Source: Dehalococcoidia bacterium
GTDB taxonomy: Bacteria; Chloroflexota; Dehalococcoidia; GIF9; AB-539-J10
DNA: 64,000 nt
Assembly (NCBI GenBank): GCA_034431195.1
Contig: DAOUDP010000016.1
Location: 1,839-65,838 of the forward strand
Reading direction: 5' to 3'
Shown here: in pieces, positions 48,497 through 58,244 of the stretch
Layout: the number at the start of each line of letters is the position of its first letter
Position numbering within the stretch: position 1 is the stretch's first letter
The notes under the pieces: model-generated
The model's input: only the letters and a program-made list of their open reading frames with translations
Database searches by the model: none
What the model was told of the DNA's origin: nothing
Position numbers and translations under genes: made by a program

Positions 48497-50593
48497 GTGT
48501 TTGATTTAGTTTGGATATGTGTAGTTGTGGGGCTTATCGGTGCTGGTGTAGTTGCTTACTTTGTGCGCTATGTTTTAAGGCAGGACCAAGGCTCAGAGAG
48601 GATTAGAGAGATTTCTGGTGCCATTAAAGAAGGGGGGCTTGCTTTTATTCATCGAGAATACCGAACGTTGGGCATTGTGGTAGCGGTAATAGCGATTATT
48701 CTCGTATTTGTTCCTGACCTGGGTTGGAGAGTATCTGTGGCTTTTATCTTCGGTGCGCTATGCTCTATAGGTGCTGGATACGCTGGCATGAATATGGCAC
48801 TCAGGTCTAACGGTAGGACGTGTGCCGCAGCACAAAAAGGCTTGAATCGAGGATTGAGAGTTGCCTTCAGAGGTGGGGCAGTAATGGGGCTAACGGTAGT
48901 TAGCATTGGCATCATCGGCTTAGCTGTTCTTTATTTTGCTTGGCACGGCCTTCCTCCGCGGGAGTTCTTGGCTATAATTCCAGCCTATGGCGTCGGGGCT
49001 TCATTAGTAGCTCTTTTTGCCAGAGTGGGTGGTGGTATCTTCACCAAGGGTGCTGATGCCGGCTCAGATTTAGTGGGTAAAGTAGAGGCAGGAATACCGG
49101 AAGATGATCCCAGAAATGCTGCTGTTATAGCTGACAACGTTGGTGATAATGTCGGCGATGTGTGCGGCATGGGTGCTGACCTCCTTGAGTCTTATGTCGA
49201 AACCGTTATTGCTACTATGACACTCTGTATTGTTGGTGGTGTGGTAGCACCATGGGTAACTGGAAAGTTGTTTCCTACGCTCTCAGCTGATGCTGCTCTG
49301 CAAGCTGCTTGGTGGTTACCAATGTTAATCATGGCTGGAGGCCTTGTAGCCTCTGTGATTGGCTGTTTTTTGGTTAGAGTAGGAGAGAAAGTGGAGATGG
49401 GTGCTCTTTTAGGAGCATTGCGTCGTGGCACGCTCAGCGCCACAATATTGACGGCAATATTTGGTTTTCTAATAATTTATTTTCTACATGCTAGCTTAGG
49501 CGTCTTCTGGGCGATGTTTGCCGGTCTTGTTGCTGGTGCGCTTATGGGTGAAAGCACAAATTACTTTACCTCTTATGCCTATAAGCCAACGCTGGAAATT
49601 TCTGAGGCCTCTACCTCTGGTGCTGGTGCTACTATAGTTCGTGGCTTTGCTAATGGCATGATGAGCACCTGGCCATCGGTAATTTTGATAGCTATAGCGA
49701 TTGGCGTAGCCTTTCACTTCGCTAGCTTCTACGGCGTAGCCTTAGCTGCTGTTGGCATGTTGTCCACTCTGGGCGTGACATTGGCTACTGATGCTTATGG
49801 ACCGGTAGCTGACAATGCTGGCGGCATTACCACTCAAGCGGGGCTACCACCTGAGGTGCGTGAAAGAACTGATGCTTTAGATTCTCTGGGTAATACCACT
49901 GCAGCTACAGGCAAAGGATTTGCCATTGGTGCTGCTGCTATGAATTCCTTGGGGTTGATTCTCGCCTTCGCTATGGCTGTGGGTATAGTGACAGTCTCAT
50001 CCACAGGCACACTAACTGCTGGATTAAGCTTACTAGATGTGCATGTTATCATTGGTGTAATTCTAGGTGCCCTTATGCCCGCTATCTTTTGTGCTATGAC
50101 AATGAAATCTGTGGGTGTAACTACATCAGCTATTATAGAAGAAGTTCGCCGACAATGGCGTGAGATAAAGGGTATTATGGAAGGCACAGCCAGGCCGGAG
50201 TACGGTAAATGCGTAGATATTGCCACTGGAATAGCACTGAAGGAGATGATGGCTCCTTCAATAATGACCATAGTTATGCCCATACTTGTGGGGATAATCC
50301 TTGGCGTATATGCCCTGGCTGGTTTCCTTATTGGTGCCTTAGCTACAGGCTTTATCTTTGCCGTTATGTTAAACAATGCTGGTGGTGCATGGGATAATGC
50401 TAAGAAGTGGATTGAGGCAGGACATTTTGGCGGTAAAGGCTCGGAGGCTCATAAGGCAGGAGTGGTGGGAGATACTGTTGGTGACCCTATGAAGGATACT
50501 GCTGGCCCATCATTGAATATAATGCTCAAGCTAATGTCGGTGATCTCATTACTATTAGCGCCGGTGTTAATGCATTTTGGTGGTCTGATTTAA
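48497..50593 (+). CDS. hppA: membrane-bound H+/Na+-translocating pyrophosphatase
   Basis: 698 aa, ~16 TM helices; GGG…DNVGDNVGD motif. Confidence 0.9.
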   Translation: MFDLVWICVVVGLIGAGVVAYFVRYVLRQDQGSERIREISGAIKEGGLAFIHREYRTLGIVVAVIAIILVFVPDLGWRVSVAFIFGALCSIGAGYAGMNMALRSNGRTCAAAQKGLNRGLRVAFRGGAVMGLTVVSIGIIGLAVLYFAWHGLPPREFLAIIPAYGVGASLVALFARVGGGIFTKGADAGSDLVGKVEAGIPEDDPRNAAVIADNVGDNVGDVCGMGADLLESYVETVIATMTLCIVGGVVAPWVTGKLFPTLSADAALQAAWWLPMLIMAGGLVASVIGCFLVRVGEKVEMGALLGALRRGTLSATILTAIFGFLIIYFLHASLGVFWAMFAGLVAGALMGESTNYFTSYAYKPTLEISEASTSGAGATIVRGFANGMMSTWPSVILIAIAIGVAFHFASFYGVALAAVGMLSTLGVTLATDAYGPVADNAGGITTQAGLPPEVRERTDALDSLGNTTAATGKGFAIGAAAMNSLGLILAFAMAVGIVTVSSTGTLTAGLSLLDVHVIIGVILGALMPAIFCAMTMKSVGVTTSAIIEEVRRQWREIKGIMEGTARPEYGKCVDIATGIALKEMMAPSIMTIVMPILVGIILGVYALAGFLIGALATGFIFAVMLNNAGGAWDNAKKWIEAGHFGGKGSEAHKAGVVGDTVGDPMKDTAGPSLNIMLKLMSVISLLLAPVLMHFGGLI

Positions 50594-50616
50594 CCGCCAT
50601 TTTTTGATTTCAGATC

Positions 50617-50646
50617 TTGACAAAGCGTGAAATGGATAGTTATAAT
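50617..50646 (+). promoter_or_regulatory. near-consensus sigma-70 promoter (TTGACA-18-TATAAT) of the DtxR-family gene
   Basis: ttgacaaagcgtgaaatggatagttataat. Confidence 0.55.
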
Positions 50647-50650
50647 TTTT

Positions 50651-50666
50651 GTTAGACTTACCTAAC
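50651..50666 (+). promoter_or_regulatory. candidate DtxR-family operator GTTAGAC-ttac-CTAAC (autoregulatory position)
   Basis: Palindrome directly downstream of the -10. The same GTTAGAC-N4-CTAAC occurs upstream of feoA at 51194-51209. Confidence 0.5.
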
Positions 50667-50695
50667 ATTTCTGGGTTATAATGTTGATGGAGAAA

Positions 50696-51175
50696 ATGGC
50701 AAAGAAATATAGCGCAAGTGTAGAAGATTATCTTGAGGCAATAGCTAATCTGCATAAAGGTGAGAAAACTGTGAAGGTCAAGCAGCTTAGTCGCATGCTG
50801 AATGTGAAAATGCCCAGCGTTACTGCAGCGCTGCAAAAGCTTTCTGAAGAAGGCCTTGTAGTGCATGAGAAGTATGGCCATATAGAGCTTACTCCTGAAG
50901 GTAATGAGGCTGCTGACGATGTAATTCGCCGTCACAAGGCACTAAGCCGCTTTCTTGCTCAAGCTTTGGGTATTGACCAGAAAACGGCTGAAGAAGATGC
51001 CTGCAAGATTGAACATGTCATTAGCCCCCTTACCTTGGAAAGAATGATTAAATTTATGGAGTTTGTAGAAGTATGCCCGCTGGGAGAGGCTAAGTTCCCC
51101 CAAAGATATAGATACTATCTGGAGCACGGAGAACTCCCTCCGGAATGCTTGGAGAGAAGATCGGGAGAAGGATAA
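50696..51175 (+). CDS. DtxR/MntR-family metal-dependent transcriptional regulator
   Basis: Start at ATG 50696 (MAKKYSASVEDYLEAI…) with RBS ggag. Winged-HTH plus metal-binding/dimerisation domain, no SH3-like C-terminal domain. Confidence 0.75.
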   Translation: MAKKYSASVEDYLEAIANLHKGEKTVKVKQLSRMLNVKMPSVTAALQKLSEEGLVVHEKYGHIELTPEGNEAADDVIRRHKALSRFLAQALGIDQKTAEEDACKIEHVISPLTLERMIKFMEFVEVCPLGEAKFPQRYRYYLEHGELPPECLERRSGEG

Positions 51176-51193
51176 AAAATTTTGCCGTGGCAA

Positions 51194-51209
51194 GTTAGAC
51201 ATGGCTAAC
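51194..51209 (+). promoter_or_regulatory. candidate DtxR-family operator GTTAGAC-atgg-CTAAC upstream of feoA
   Basis: Identical half-sites to 50651-50666; 45 nt upstream of the feoA ATG. Confidence 0.5.
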
Positions 51210-51254
51210 AAAGTTATCAATTGTTGATGGCAAGATACAGGAGCAAATCTGAAC

Positions 51255-51503
51255 ATGACCTTTAATAGACAGACGACGGTTGCCCAGATGCGAACGGGCG
51301 AAAGGGGTAGAATCATCGAGATTGCTGGGGGATATGGCCTGACGCGTCGGCTTGAAGCCATGGGGATCAGACCGGGGAAGAGAATAACCAAGGTTAGTTC
51401 CATGCTCATGCGCGGGCCGGTGACGATCCAAGTGGATGGTGTTCAGCTTGCCATTGGCTTCGGCATGGCCCGGAGAATCCTGGTTGAGCTAGAGAGCGAG
51501 TGA
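51255..51503 (+). CDS. feoA: ferrous iron transport protein A
   Basis: 82 aa SH3-like FeoA (…GERGRIIEI…LEAMGIRPG…). Confidence 0.8.
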   Translation: MTFNRQTTVAQMRTGERGRIIEIAGGYGLTRRLEAMGIRPGKRITKVSSMLMRGPVTIQVDGVQLAIGFGMARRILVELESE

Positions 51504-53206
51504 AGATACTTTTGATGGGCAACCCCAATGTGGGGAAGAGCGCCTTTTTCTCGCGCCTCACTGGGGTCAGGGTTATCATCTCCAATTATCCGGGCACTAC
51601 AGTAGAGTTCACCAAGGGGTATCTCAAACTGGGAGAGGAAATGGCTGAGGTGATAGATGTGCCTGGCACTTATACCTTGGAGCCTACTTCCAAGGCAGAA
51701 GAGGTGGCTACAGAGATGCTCAAGGACGGTGATCTAGTCATTGATGTCGTCGATGCTACCAATCTGGAGAGAAACCTATTTCTAACCATGCAATTGCTAG
51801 AAAGAGACATTCCCGTAATAGTGGCGCTGAATGTGTGGGATGATACCAAGCATAGAGGAATACACATCGATGTCAAGAAGCTGGAGCAACTTTTGGGAGT
51901 ACCTGTCGTGCCCACAGTAGCAGTGACAGGGGAGGGAATGAAGGAATTGGTGAGTCGCATCCATGAAGCAGCATCTCCACCTGTATCTCATCGAACGCGT
52001 GATGAGCGGTGGGCAGCCGTGGGCAGAATTGTAGAGCAGGTGCAAACAGTAACTCATCGGCACCACACCTGGCTGGAACACCTAGGCGATGCTTCGGTCA
52101 AGCCTTTCCCAGGAATCCCTATCGCTGTTTTGGCGATTCTCGTCTCATTTGTGATAATTCGCTTCATCGGTGAGAGCCTCATCGGATATATATCCGAGCC
52201 GCTGTTTAACAACCTCTGGGCTCCTCTAATGATGCGGCTAAGCGATGCCCTGGGGTCGGGTGGCCTCCTGCACGATATCCTGATAGGCAAGCTTATCAGC
52301 GGAGAGATAGACTTTACCCAGTCCTTTGGCATCCTGACGACGGGGCTATTCATACCCTTTGGGGCTGTCCTACCTTATGTTCTCGCTTTCTACTTGGTGT
52401 TAGGTTTTCTAGAAGATCTAGGATACTTGCCTCGCGTGGCAGTGCTTCTTGACACTCTGATGCACCGTCTGGGAATGCACGGATACGCCATTATACCCAC
52501 GCTCCTTGGCTTGGGATGCAATGTTCCCGGAATCCTGGCCACCCGAATTTTGGAAAGCAAGAGGGAGAGATTCATCGTTGCTACCCTCATATCCATCGGA
52601 GTTCCTTGCGCCGCCCTTCAGGCCATGGTCATCGGATTGGTTGGGGGAGAGGGTTGGCACTATGTAGCTATAGTGTATGGCACGCTTTTCGTGGTTTGGG
52701 TCATCCTGGGATTGATCTTAAACCTAACGGTGAAAGGGTTGAGCCCTGAACTCCTAATTGAGATTCCGCCATACCGCCTACCCTCAGCTCGCATTCTGGC
52801 TGTGAAGCTCTGGATGAGAATCTTAGGCTTCCTTAAAGAAGCAATCCCTATAGTTATGTTAGGCATCTTCGTCATCACCATTCTCTATGCCCTGAATGTA
52901 TTTGACTACATCGCCAACTTTGCAGCGCCGGTGGTGAGTGGACTTTTGGGGTTGCCCAGGGAGGCAACTGCGGCGCTGGTCATCGGCTTTTTGCGTAAGG
53001 ACATGGCCGTGGGTATGCTCGGCGTCCTAAGTCTGAGTGCCAACCAGCTGGTCGTCGGCAGCGTGGTTCTGGCTATGTTCTTCCCGTGTATCGCCAGTTT
53101 TGTGGTGCTGGCTCGGGAGTTGAAACTCAAGGGCATGCTTGCTGCTACCGGGATAATGATAGCTGCTTCCTTGGTTGTGGGCAGCCTGCTGAATCTGATT
53201 CTGTAA
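51500..53206 (+). CDS. feoB: ferrous iron transport protein B
   Basis: 568 aa; N-terminal G-domain GNPNVGKS…DVPG and polytopic C-terminal permease. Confidence 0.9.
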   Translation: MKILLMGNPNVGKSAFFSRLTGVRVIISNYPGTTVEFTKGYLKLGEEMAEVIDVPGTYTLEPTSKAEEVATEMLKDGDLVIDVVDATNLERNLFLTMQLLERDIPVIVALNVWDDTKHRGIHIDVKKLEQLLGVPVVPTVAVTGEGMKELVSRIHEAASPPVSHRTRDERWAAVGRIVEQVQTVTHRHHTWLEHLGDASVKPFPGIPIAVLAILVSFVIIRFIGESLIGYISEPLFNNLWAPLMMRLSDALGSGGLLHDILIGKLISGEIDFTQSFGILTTGLFIPFGAVLPYVLAFYLVLGFLEDLGYLPRVAVLLDTLMHRLGMHGYAIIPTLLGLGCNVPGILATRILESKRERFIVATLISIGVPCAALQAMVIGLVGGEGWHYVAIVYGTLFVVWVILGLILNLTVKGLSPELLIEIPPYRLPSARILAVKLWMRILGFLKEAIPIVMLGIFVITILYALNVFDYIANFAAPVVSGLLGLPREATAALVIGFLRKDMAVGMLGVLSLSANQLVVGSVVLAMFFPCIASFVVLARELKLKGMLAATGIMIAASLVVGSLLNLIL

Positions 53207-53247
53207 GCGATTGAAACTGGCCTTGGATATATTTGGCACGTTTCAAT

Positions 53248-54432
53248 CTAGCAGCATCTTGAACGCCGCGCCAGGCCTTCTAGAAGCTCTGACATGACCG
53301 TTGTCTTGTCTATTATGCGGGGTAGCACTTCAAGCACTCGCTCTATATCACTTTCGGTAGTTTCTCGACCTAAGGTAAACCTGAGCGAGCTGCGGGCTTG
53401 TTCCAGTGAGAGTCCTAGTGCCAGAAGCACATGCGAAGGTTCGGGATTCGATGAGCTACAAGCTGAGCCGCTAGAAGCGTAAATCCACTCTGTTTCGAGG
53501 TTTAGAAGCACTAAATCCGCCCTAGCAGAGTCAATGGTCACATTGACATTGTTGGGTAGCCTTTTTGTGGGATGACCATTCAGCTGAATCTGTTCAATTT
53601 GCTCTGGTAGACCTTTAATGAATTTGTCACGAAGATGGCTGAGTCTCGTTCTCTCCTTAGTCATTTCCTCCATGGCAATTTCTACTGCCTTACCAAAGCC
53701 TATAATGCCTGGGGTATTCTCAGTGCCTGCTCGCTGTCCCTTCTCCTGTTCGCCACCATGGATGAATGGAGCCAGGTTCGTGCCTTTCCTGATATACAGT
53801 GCTCCTATTCCCTTTGGTCCGTAAAACTTGTGGGCTGAGATAGAGAGTAAATCCACCCCCAGTTTGTCTACATCCACGGGGATATGTCCCACAGTTTGAA
53901 CCGCATCCGTGTGGAAAATTATTCCTCGTTCGTTAGCAATCTTGCCTATCGCGCTTATTGGTTCTACGGTGCCTACCTCATTGTTGGCATGCATTATTGA
54001 AATAAGTATGGTTTTATCGGTGATAGCGTTCTTGATATCCTGAGGGTCAACCAGTCCATACCTGTCCAGGGGAAGATATGTGACTGTGAATTCCCTTTTC
54101 TCCAGAAACTTACACGGCTCTATCACAGCGTGGTGCTCAATTGGGGTGGTAATGATGTGATTTCCTTTATGTTCATTGGCGTAAGCAACACCCTTTATAG
54201 CGAAATTGTCTGCCTCTGTCCCTCCACTGGTAAAAACGATTTCCTCACTCTGAGCATTAATCAGGCTGGCAATCTTGTTCCTTGCTTCCTCAACGGCTTT
54301 CCTTGCTTCCTGCCCGTAAGAATAGAGAGTTGAGGGATTGCCGAAGGCATCGCTGAAATATGGCAGCATCGCTTTTACCACCTCAGGATGTGTCGGCGTG
54401 GTGGCGGCGTGATCAAGATATATCCTGTTCAT
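53248..54432 (-). CDS. iscS: cysteine desulfurase (IscS/NifS family), second copy
   Basis: 394 aa; …SAHKFYGPKGIGALYIRKG…SSGSACSS. Confidence 0.85.
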   Translation of the reverse strand: MNRIYLDHAATTPTHPEVVKAMLPYFSDAFGNPSTLYSYGQEARKAVEEARNKIASLINAQSEEIVFTSGGTEADNFAIKGVAYANEHKGNHIITTPIEHHAVIEPCKFLEKREFTVTYLPLDRYGLVDPQDIKNAITDKTILISIMHANNEVGTVEPISAIGKIANERGIIFHTDAVQTVGHIPVDVDKLGVDLLSISAHKFYGPKGIGALYIRKGTNLAPFIHGGEQEKGQRAGTENTPGIIGFGKAVEIAMEEMTKERTRLSHLRDKFIKGLPEQIEQIQLNGHPTKRLPNNVNVTIDSARADLVLLNLETEWIYASSGSACSSSNPEPSHVLLALGLSLEQARSSLRFTLGRETTESDIERVLEVLPRIIDKTTVMSELLEGLARRSRCC

Positions 54433-54556
54433 CGAAGTAGCGTGTTATTAAAACAAATATGGCTGGAAATGGGCAAGGTCACCGCGTTATTGACAGTTTT
54501 GCTTTTCTTGGTATAGCCTTATGCTTTGGAAGTTATCTAATGAGGAGGTGAGAAAA

Positions 54557-55168
54557 ATGGCTGTATTTCCATCAAAAGAGTGGGTGGAGGCGGTATTACA
54601 AGCCGCGGAGAAAAGCGAGAAGTACAAGGAAGCAGCAAAGGATTGGGAAGGCGATTTTCTAAGCATAATCGAGGGCGACGAAGAATTTGTGAGGGACCTG
54701 AGCAGAAGAGAAGTCATGGAAGGTTTCATAAGCTTCTTGGATATGATGCCATCGGAGGCTCGAAAGAAGTATAGCGGCACTCCTATGGGCGATATTTTCG
54801 AAAAGAAATTGGGTGTTCCGTTAGATACCCCTGTTGACAAATTCAGTATAAATGAAATGACGAGCATGGTCTCAAAATTATCTGCAGAGGACATAAAGGG
54901 TGCATGCACGTATTTCTGGTCAGATTTCTGGCATGGCAGCGTCAGAGCCATGAAACCGGTGGCTCCAGGTGAACACGAAGATGCAACTTTCAAACTTTCT
55001 GGGAAATATAGCGCCTGGAAACTGATGGTTTCAGGCAAACAGGATACCATTAGATTGGTGATGAGCAACAAATTGAAGCTTGAAGGCGATATGTCGTATG
55101 TAATGAAACACATGAAAGCAGTGGTGGCGCTTACGAAGGAAGTATTCGCCGGGGTTCCCATCGATTAG
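54557..55168 (+). CDS. SCP2 sterol-binding domain protein
   Basis: Start at ATG 54557 (RBS gaggaggtg); MAVFPSKEWVEAVLQAAEKSEKYKEAAKDWEGDF… and C-terminal …KLKLEGDMSYVMKHMKAV SCP2 signature. Confidence 0.55.
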   Translation: MAVFPSKEWVEAVLQAAEKSEKYKEAAKDWEGDFLSIIEGDEEFVRDLSRREVMEGFISFLDMMPSEARKKYSGTPMGDIFEKKLGVPLDTPVDKFSINEMTSMVSKLSAEDIKGACTYFWSDFWHGSVRAMKPVAPGEHEDATFKLSGKYSAWKLMVSGKQDTIRLVMSNKLKLEGDMSYVMKHMKAVVALTKEVFAGVPID

Positions 55169-55212
55169 TAGCGGGATATAAAAGCTTGGTATGAACATTA
55201 GTAGGAGACTTC

Positions 55213-56478
55213 ATGTACTTTGAAATTGACCCAAAGATTGGAGAAGACAAGGGATTATCATTACTAAGAGAAGAAACACACAGGTTTGCTGAAGAAGTAA
55301 TAAGACCTGCTGCACGAGAACTAGACCGGATGTCCGATCCAGAGCAGGTAATAGCGAAAGATTCACCATATTGGGATGTGTTAAAACAAATGAAGAAGCT
55401 GGGATATCATAGGATCTTTATAGACCCAGATTATGGTGGATTAGGTGTGAATGCAACGGAAGCACACATAATTTTAGAAGAGCTTGGCTGGGGAAGTGTG
55501 GGGCTAACAACGGCGATAGGCGTCGACCAAATAGCGCCTGCAGTGGCTTCCCTGTTTGCTATGGGAGATGTTATTGAGAAGATAGTAAAACCCTGGGTGG
55601 AGGATACAGAAGCTAAATATCATGGCTGTTGGGGGGTGACTGAGCCTGATTGTGGCTCAGATTACATTCTGGTTTGTGAAGAAAGTTTTCTTCCCCATGT
55701 AAAAGAGCTCCACCCCGGTGAGGTAAGGGCTGATGAAGATGGTGATGGGTGGGTCATCAATGGGCCTAAATCTAGCTGGATATCTTCTGCACCCACAGCT
55801 ACACATGTTGGTCTCCATGTTACCCTGCCACCTCATGATAGTTTAGCGAACGGGGCATTTTGTATTGTCCCGCTGGATCAAGAAGGTGTAGCGAAAGGAA
55901 AGCCGGTTGACAAGCTCGGGTTAAGGGACGACCCTCAAGGGGACATCTCTTTTGACAATGTGCATATCCCGGATGATTACATGCTTATCAGGCCCCCTTT
56001 TTATGAATTGCGCATAGGTCAGATAATTTGCGTGACGAGCTGTTTTATGGGGACTATATTTACAGGTCTAGCTCGGGCAGCTTTTGAGGAGGCTCTGGAG
56101 TATTCCAAAAACAGAGTTCAAGGAGGTAAGCCACTGTGTGAACATCAGTTAGTTAAACAAAAGCTCTACAAAATGTTCGAAAAAGTAGAGAGTTCAAGAT
56201 ATTATACCAGGAAGATAATGGAGCATGTCTGGGAAAGGATCTATACAGAAAGAACCTTTGATGCTTCTTCAAGACATGCTCTTTCCGCACAAATTTACGG
56301 CAAAAGGTCAGCATTTGAAGTGGCTTATGAAGCACTGCAGATCTTTGGGGGATACGGGCTTACCAAGGACTTTCTCATTGAAAAACTCTTCAGGGATGCG
56401 CGGGCTGGATTGATTGAGGACGGGACAACTGAGGTTCTGGGACTTGCAGCAGCATACAACATTGTCCAAGAGTGTTAG
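55213..56478 (+). CDS. acyl-CoA dehydrogenase family protein (second copy)
   Basis: 421 aa ACAD fold; C-terminal …LQIFGGYGLTKDFLIEKLFRDAR. Confidence 0.75.
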   Translation: MYFEIDPKIGEDKGLSLLREETHRFAEEVIRPAARELDRMSDPEQVIAKDSPYWDVLKQMKKLGYHRIFIDPDYGGLGVNATEAHIILEELGWGSVGLTTAIGVDQIAPAVASLFAMGDVIEKIVKPWVEDTEAKYHGCWGVTEPDCGSDYILVCEESFLPHVKELHPGEVRADEDGDGWVINGPKSSWISSAPTATHVGLHVTLPPHDSLANGAFCIVPLDQEGVAKGKPVDKLGLRDDPQGDISFDNVHIPDDYMLIRPPFYELRIGQIICVTSCFMGTIFTGLARAAFEEALEYSKNRVQGGKPLCEHQLVKQKLYKMFEKVESSRYYTRKIMEHVWERIYTERTFDASSRHALSAQIYGKRSAFEVAYEALQIFGGYGLTKDFLIEKLFRDARAGLIEDGTTEVLGLAAAYNIVQEC

Positions 56479-56526
56479 AGAAAATTTACCAGCGATATAA
56501 CAATTTAGCATATAAGGAGGTGTAGG

Positions 56527-57297
56527 ATGGTTTTAAAAGGTGGAGATAAAGGTGAGTCTATTCCTTTCGATGCCCCACTCTATGATATTAATCGCGAAAG
56601 GGGAATAGAGTACCGAAACTGCGATGCGCTTGCAGTCGTATTTATGATCACGGGAGATATAAATGAAATCCTGCCCGAAGGACTTGAACCATTCAGCGAC
56701 CCTCCCCAAGGGGCAATCTGGATATCCAGATACTCTTACAGCACCTTGGGACAATACAATGAACAGATTTCGCTTATCATGGTGAAAGATATACACGGAG
56801 AGATGGGATATTATATTCCCTACATTTATGTGACAAATGACGCTGCGATGGCTGCCGGGAGAGAACTTGCCGGAGCGCCCAAGAAATTGGCAGATATAGA
56901 TATTAAGAACAAACTTGACTTCCTGGAAGGGACTTTAGAGAGACCAGCGGGTAAAAGGCTAATTACTTTCACCTTTAAACCTGTGGAGAGAGCAATGGGT
57001 AGTGTAGTAGAGGCATATTTCCCGTACCCAACTCCTTTACTCTCTGTTAGACATCTTCCCTGGGTTAAAGAGCCTGGTGATGGTCTTACACAATTGATAA
57101 GTTGGTATGCGGAGATAGACTTCCATAAAGATCCCAAGGGCGAAAGCACAATATGGATGGGACCAGCATCCATTACCTATGATTCACCTTCTGAGCTTGA
57201 TCCGGTCTACAAACTCAAGTTTGATGAGGTATTAGCTGCCCTCTACTTCCAGTTTGACATGAAGCTGAACGTCAAAGAGGTGCAGAAAGAGTACTAA
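56527..57297 (+). CDS. acetoacetate decarboxylase (ADC)-family protein
   Basis: 256 aa; …IYVTNDAAMAAGRELAGAPKKLADI… resembles ADC/MppR-like family cores. Assignment from motif memory only. Confidence 0.45.
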   Translation: MVLKGGDKGESIPFDAPLYDINRERGIEYRNCDALAVVFMITGDINEILPEGLEPFSDPPQGAIWISRYSYSTLGQYNEQISLIMVKDIHGEMGYYIPYIYVTNDAAMAAGRELAGAPKKLADIDIKNKLDFLEGTLERPAGKRLITFTFKPVERAMGSVVEAYFPYPTPLLSVRHLPWVKEPGDGLTQLISWYAEIDFHKDPKGESTIWMGPASITYDSPSELDPVYKLKFDEVLAALYFQFDMKLNVKEVQKEY

Positions 57298-57346
57298 CAA
57301 AGCTTTGCCACCTGTGGCTAGCAGCCATTGGCTTCAAACCTATTTA

Positions 57347-57393
57347 CTATACAGTATAGAAGTTGTTGACAAATTTGGTTTTTTTAATATAAT
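57347..57393 (+). promoter_or_regulatory. 13-bp perfect palindrome CTATAC-A-GTATAG abutting a TTGACA-16-TATAAT promoter upstream of etfB
   Basis: tactatacagtatagaagttgttgacaaatttggtttttttaatataat. Confidence 0.45.
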
Positions 57394-57428
57394 CTTATAG
57401 ATTCGCAATTATTTAAGGAGGTTGGACA

Positions 57429-58229
57429 ATGCCAATTAACATGATTGTCTGTTGTAAACAAGTTCCTGATCCTGAGGCTCCCCCAGCTTCATTCAAGGTA
57501 GCTGGGGACAAGATGACTGTGCCGCCAGATGTAAAGCCAGTGGTTAGTCCCTATGATGAAAATGCTGTGGAGGCTGCGTTAAGGATTAAAGACACGATAG
57601 GCGGCAAAATCACGGTGATTAGTTTGGGAAACAATCTGACGCGTGATGTGATTAAGAAACCGCTGTCTGTGGGTGGTGATGAGCTTATCCTTCTTGAAGA
57701 CGCGGCTTTTGAAGAGGGTGATAGTTGGGCAACAGCCAATGCACTGGCTGCGGCGATTAAGAAGGTGGGGGAATATGACCTTATTCTCTGTGGGCGGCAA
57801 TCTGCTGACTGGAATGCTGGGCAGGTTGGTTTAGGCATCGCGGAAATTTTAGGGATTCCTGCGGTGAGTGTGGTCAGGAAGGTGGAGGTCGTTGATGGAA
57901 AGGCAAAAGTAGAACGAGCTGTTCGCGATGGCTATGAAGTTGTGGAGGTTGAGCTTCCTGCCTTGCTCACAATAACCAGTGAGTTGGGTGATTTACGCTA
58001 TGCCGCTCTTAAGGGGATTATGGCAGCGGCGAAAAAGCAGCCCATCGTATGGAAGCCAGCAGACATTGGGCTTGAACCCTCCCAGGTTGGTGCTGCCGGA
58101 AGATGTGTTAAGCTGGCTAAACTCTTTCAGCCAGTGAGGGAGACTAAGTGTGACATAATCGAAGCAGATACTCCAGCGGAAGCCGGCGCTAACCTGGCTG
58201 TAAAGCTTAGAGAAGCAAAAATACTCTAA
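57429..58229 (+). CDS. etfB: electron transfer flavoprotein beta subunit
   Basis: 266 aa; MINMIVCCKQVPD… typical EtfB N-terminus. Confidence 0.85.
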   Translation: MPINMIVCCKQVPDPEAPPASFKVAGDKMTVPPDVKPVVSPYDENAVEAALRIKDTIGGKITVISLGNNLTRDVIKKPLSVGGDELILLEDAAFEEGDSWATANALAAAIKKVGEYDLILCGRQSADWNAGQVGLGIAEILGIPAVSVVRKVEVVDGKAKVERAVRDGYEVVEVELPALLTITSELGDLRYAALKGIMAAAKKQPIVWKPADIGLEPSQVGAAGRCVKLAKLFQPVRETKCDIIEADTPAEAGANLAVKLREAKIL

Positions 58230-58244
58230 TTCAAGGAGGAAACG

